Below, one piece after another: positions 47,125-48,010 of a DNA stretch of 48,010 nt. The notes under the pieces were generated by a model. That model was not told the DNA's origin, did no database searches, and saw only the letters and a list, made by a program, of their open reading frames with translations. The number at the start of each line of letters is the position of its first letter. Position 1 is the stretch's first letter. A program made the position numbers and the translations under genes. This DNA is from Ignavibacteriales bacterium. Its GTDB lineage: Bacteria; Bacteroidota; Ignavibacteria; UBA10030. The DNA lies in contig JACQPT010000061.1 of the NCBI GenBank assembly GCA_016207415.1, positions 1 to 48,010 of the forward strand, written 5' to 3'.

Positions 47125-47299
47125 AAAGTCCCCTCTCAAGCGATGGCCAAAGCGTTGGCGAGAGGGGATTGATGATAGTCCATTCACAGCAGAGGTGTGT
47201 TTATTTCGCCGGAACATCACGAATTTAGCAGATGTAAAAGAACCCACCCCTCTGCTCCCCTCTCACAACACACGCGCCCGTGCCAGAGAGAGAACGTTT
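47125..47299. repeat. Degenerate REP-like inverted doublet (CCCCTCTC/GAGAGGGG type)
   Basis: TCCCCTCTC (47129-47137) / GAGAGGGGA (47160-47168). GCAGAGG...GTT (47189-47201) is imperfectly complementary to AACCCACCCCTCTGC (47241-47255), which is followed by a second TCCCCTCTC. Confidence 0.5.
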
Positions 47300-47380
47300 T
47301 CGGCGTCGATTTTCGGCTTCGATCAATATTTATCACAAGACCACCGTAGGAGACATACAAGATTCCTTTCGGGGAACGCC

Positions 47381-48010
47381 CTAGGTTGTTGGAGGGGTTT
47401 GCGAGTTGGCTCCCGGCCGTTTGGCGTAGATCTGATGGGCAATGATTACGATAATCACGCCGAGGACGATCAGCGTGATGGTCTGGCCATAGGCCTGAAG
47501 GTACACGAGAACGGACCGCCAATTTTGACCGAGAGTTTTTCCGGCATAAAGGAGCAGACAATTCCACGCAAGCGCGCTCAAGAACGAGAGGGCGGCAGAT
47601 TTCATCATGGAGAGCTCGGACATGCCGACGAAAAAAGAAACCACCGCGCGTGTTCCCGCCATGAACCTGTTCGCCGCCACGACCCAGTATCCGTATCTTT
47701 GAAACCAGGCTTCGACTTTGTGCACGCCTTCTATCGGAATGAACTTGATCTTTCCTCGTTCCACGATCTTGTCTCCAAACCAGTCGCCAATTTTGTACAT
47801 CGTCATAAACCCGAGGGTGCTTCCGGCGGTGGCAAGAAAGAGCGCGAGGCTGAAATTGACCGCTCCGATTCCAACCAGAGACCCCGCGGCGACGACAATA
47901 ACATCACTCGGAAATGGCGGAAAAATGTTCTCAATGTAAGCTATCCCGGCAACGACGACATAGACCCACAGGGGATCAAGCTGGGCGAGGTTGTTGACAA
48001 AAGCCTCCAC
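47381..48010 (-). CDS. DedA family membrane protein (start at the window edge)
   Basis: ENIFPPFPSD, G-x-x-x-G-x-x-x-x-Y-x-x-G, FQRYG, NRFMAGTR. Confidence 0.92.
   Translation of the reverse strand: MEAFVNNLAQLDPLWVYVVVAGIAYIENIFPPFPSDVIVVAAGSLVGIGAVNFSLALFLATAGSTLGFMTMYKIGDWFGDKIVERGKIKFIPIEGVHKVEAWFQRYGYWVVAANRFMAGTRAVVSFFVGMSELSMMKSAALSFLSALAWNCLLLYAGKTLGQNWRSVLVYLQAYGQTITLIVLGVIIVIIAHQIYAKRPGANSQTPPTT

Noticed and set aside
1-48010. tRNA, rRNA, CRISPR array, integrase or transposase
   Set aside because: No cloverleaf, regularly spaced direct repeats or recombinase motifs were seen; intergenic spaces are short and mostly accounted for.

Overview
A bacterial chromosomal window, probably Ignavibacteria/Chlorobi-Bacteroidota-like (inferred from bshC, a short truB, the rimP-nusA-infB-rbfA-truB-ribF-rpsO-pnp synteny and the type of bc complex). 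I found no rRNA, tRNA, CRISPR array or transposase. It has five blocks. (1) 1-11252 (+): a tightly coupled, visibly AT-richer tailoring cluster of unknown product, with 2 cobalamin-type radical SAM enzymes, 1 SPASM/twitch radical SAM, 2 methyltransferases, GT9, 2 GT87-like GT-C proteins, a deaminase-type amidohydrolase and an aryl-sulfate sulfotransferase lipoprotein. (2) 11456-14730 (+): nucleoside salvage operon cdd-tdk-nupC-punA. (3) 14737-27854 (-): a 15-gene respiratory operon running 2[4Fe-4S] ferredoxin, Rieske, split cytochrome b (b6-like + subunit IV-like), 8-heme cytochrome c, amicyanin-like cupredoxin, coxA-coxC-coxD, two small membrane proteins, coxB, ctaA, ctaB, DUF420. This block is the strongest candidate for an undescribed system. 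CoxA keeps all metal ligands and the D-channel but lacks the K-channel lysine and has an extra hydrophobic hairpin. CoxB has a ~134-aa duplicated insert inside its CuA domain. Cytochrome b lacks the heme ci Cys, and subunit IV lacks the PEWY Glu. (4) bshC (+), then aroA and the translation operon (-). (5) A mixed operon dedA, PAP2-lnt-ltaE-thioesterase-trpE-trpG-LOG (-). Two intergenic REP/REPIN-like doublets are present; one has covarying arms and a cleanly nested 33-bp palindrome. All family assignments come from recognising motifs by eye, not from database searches.
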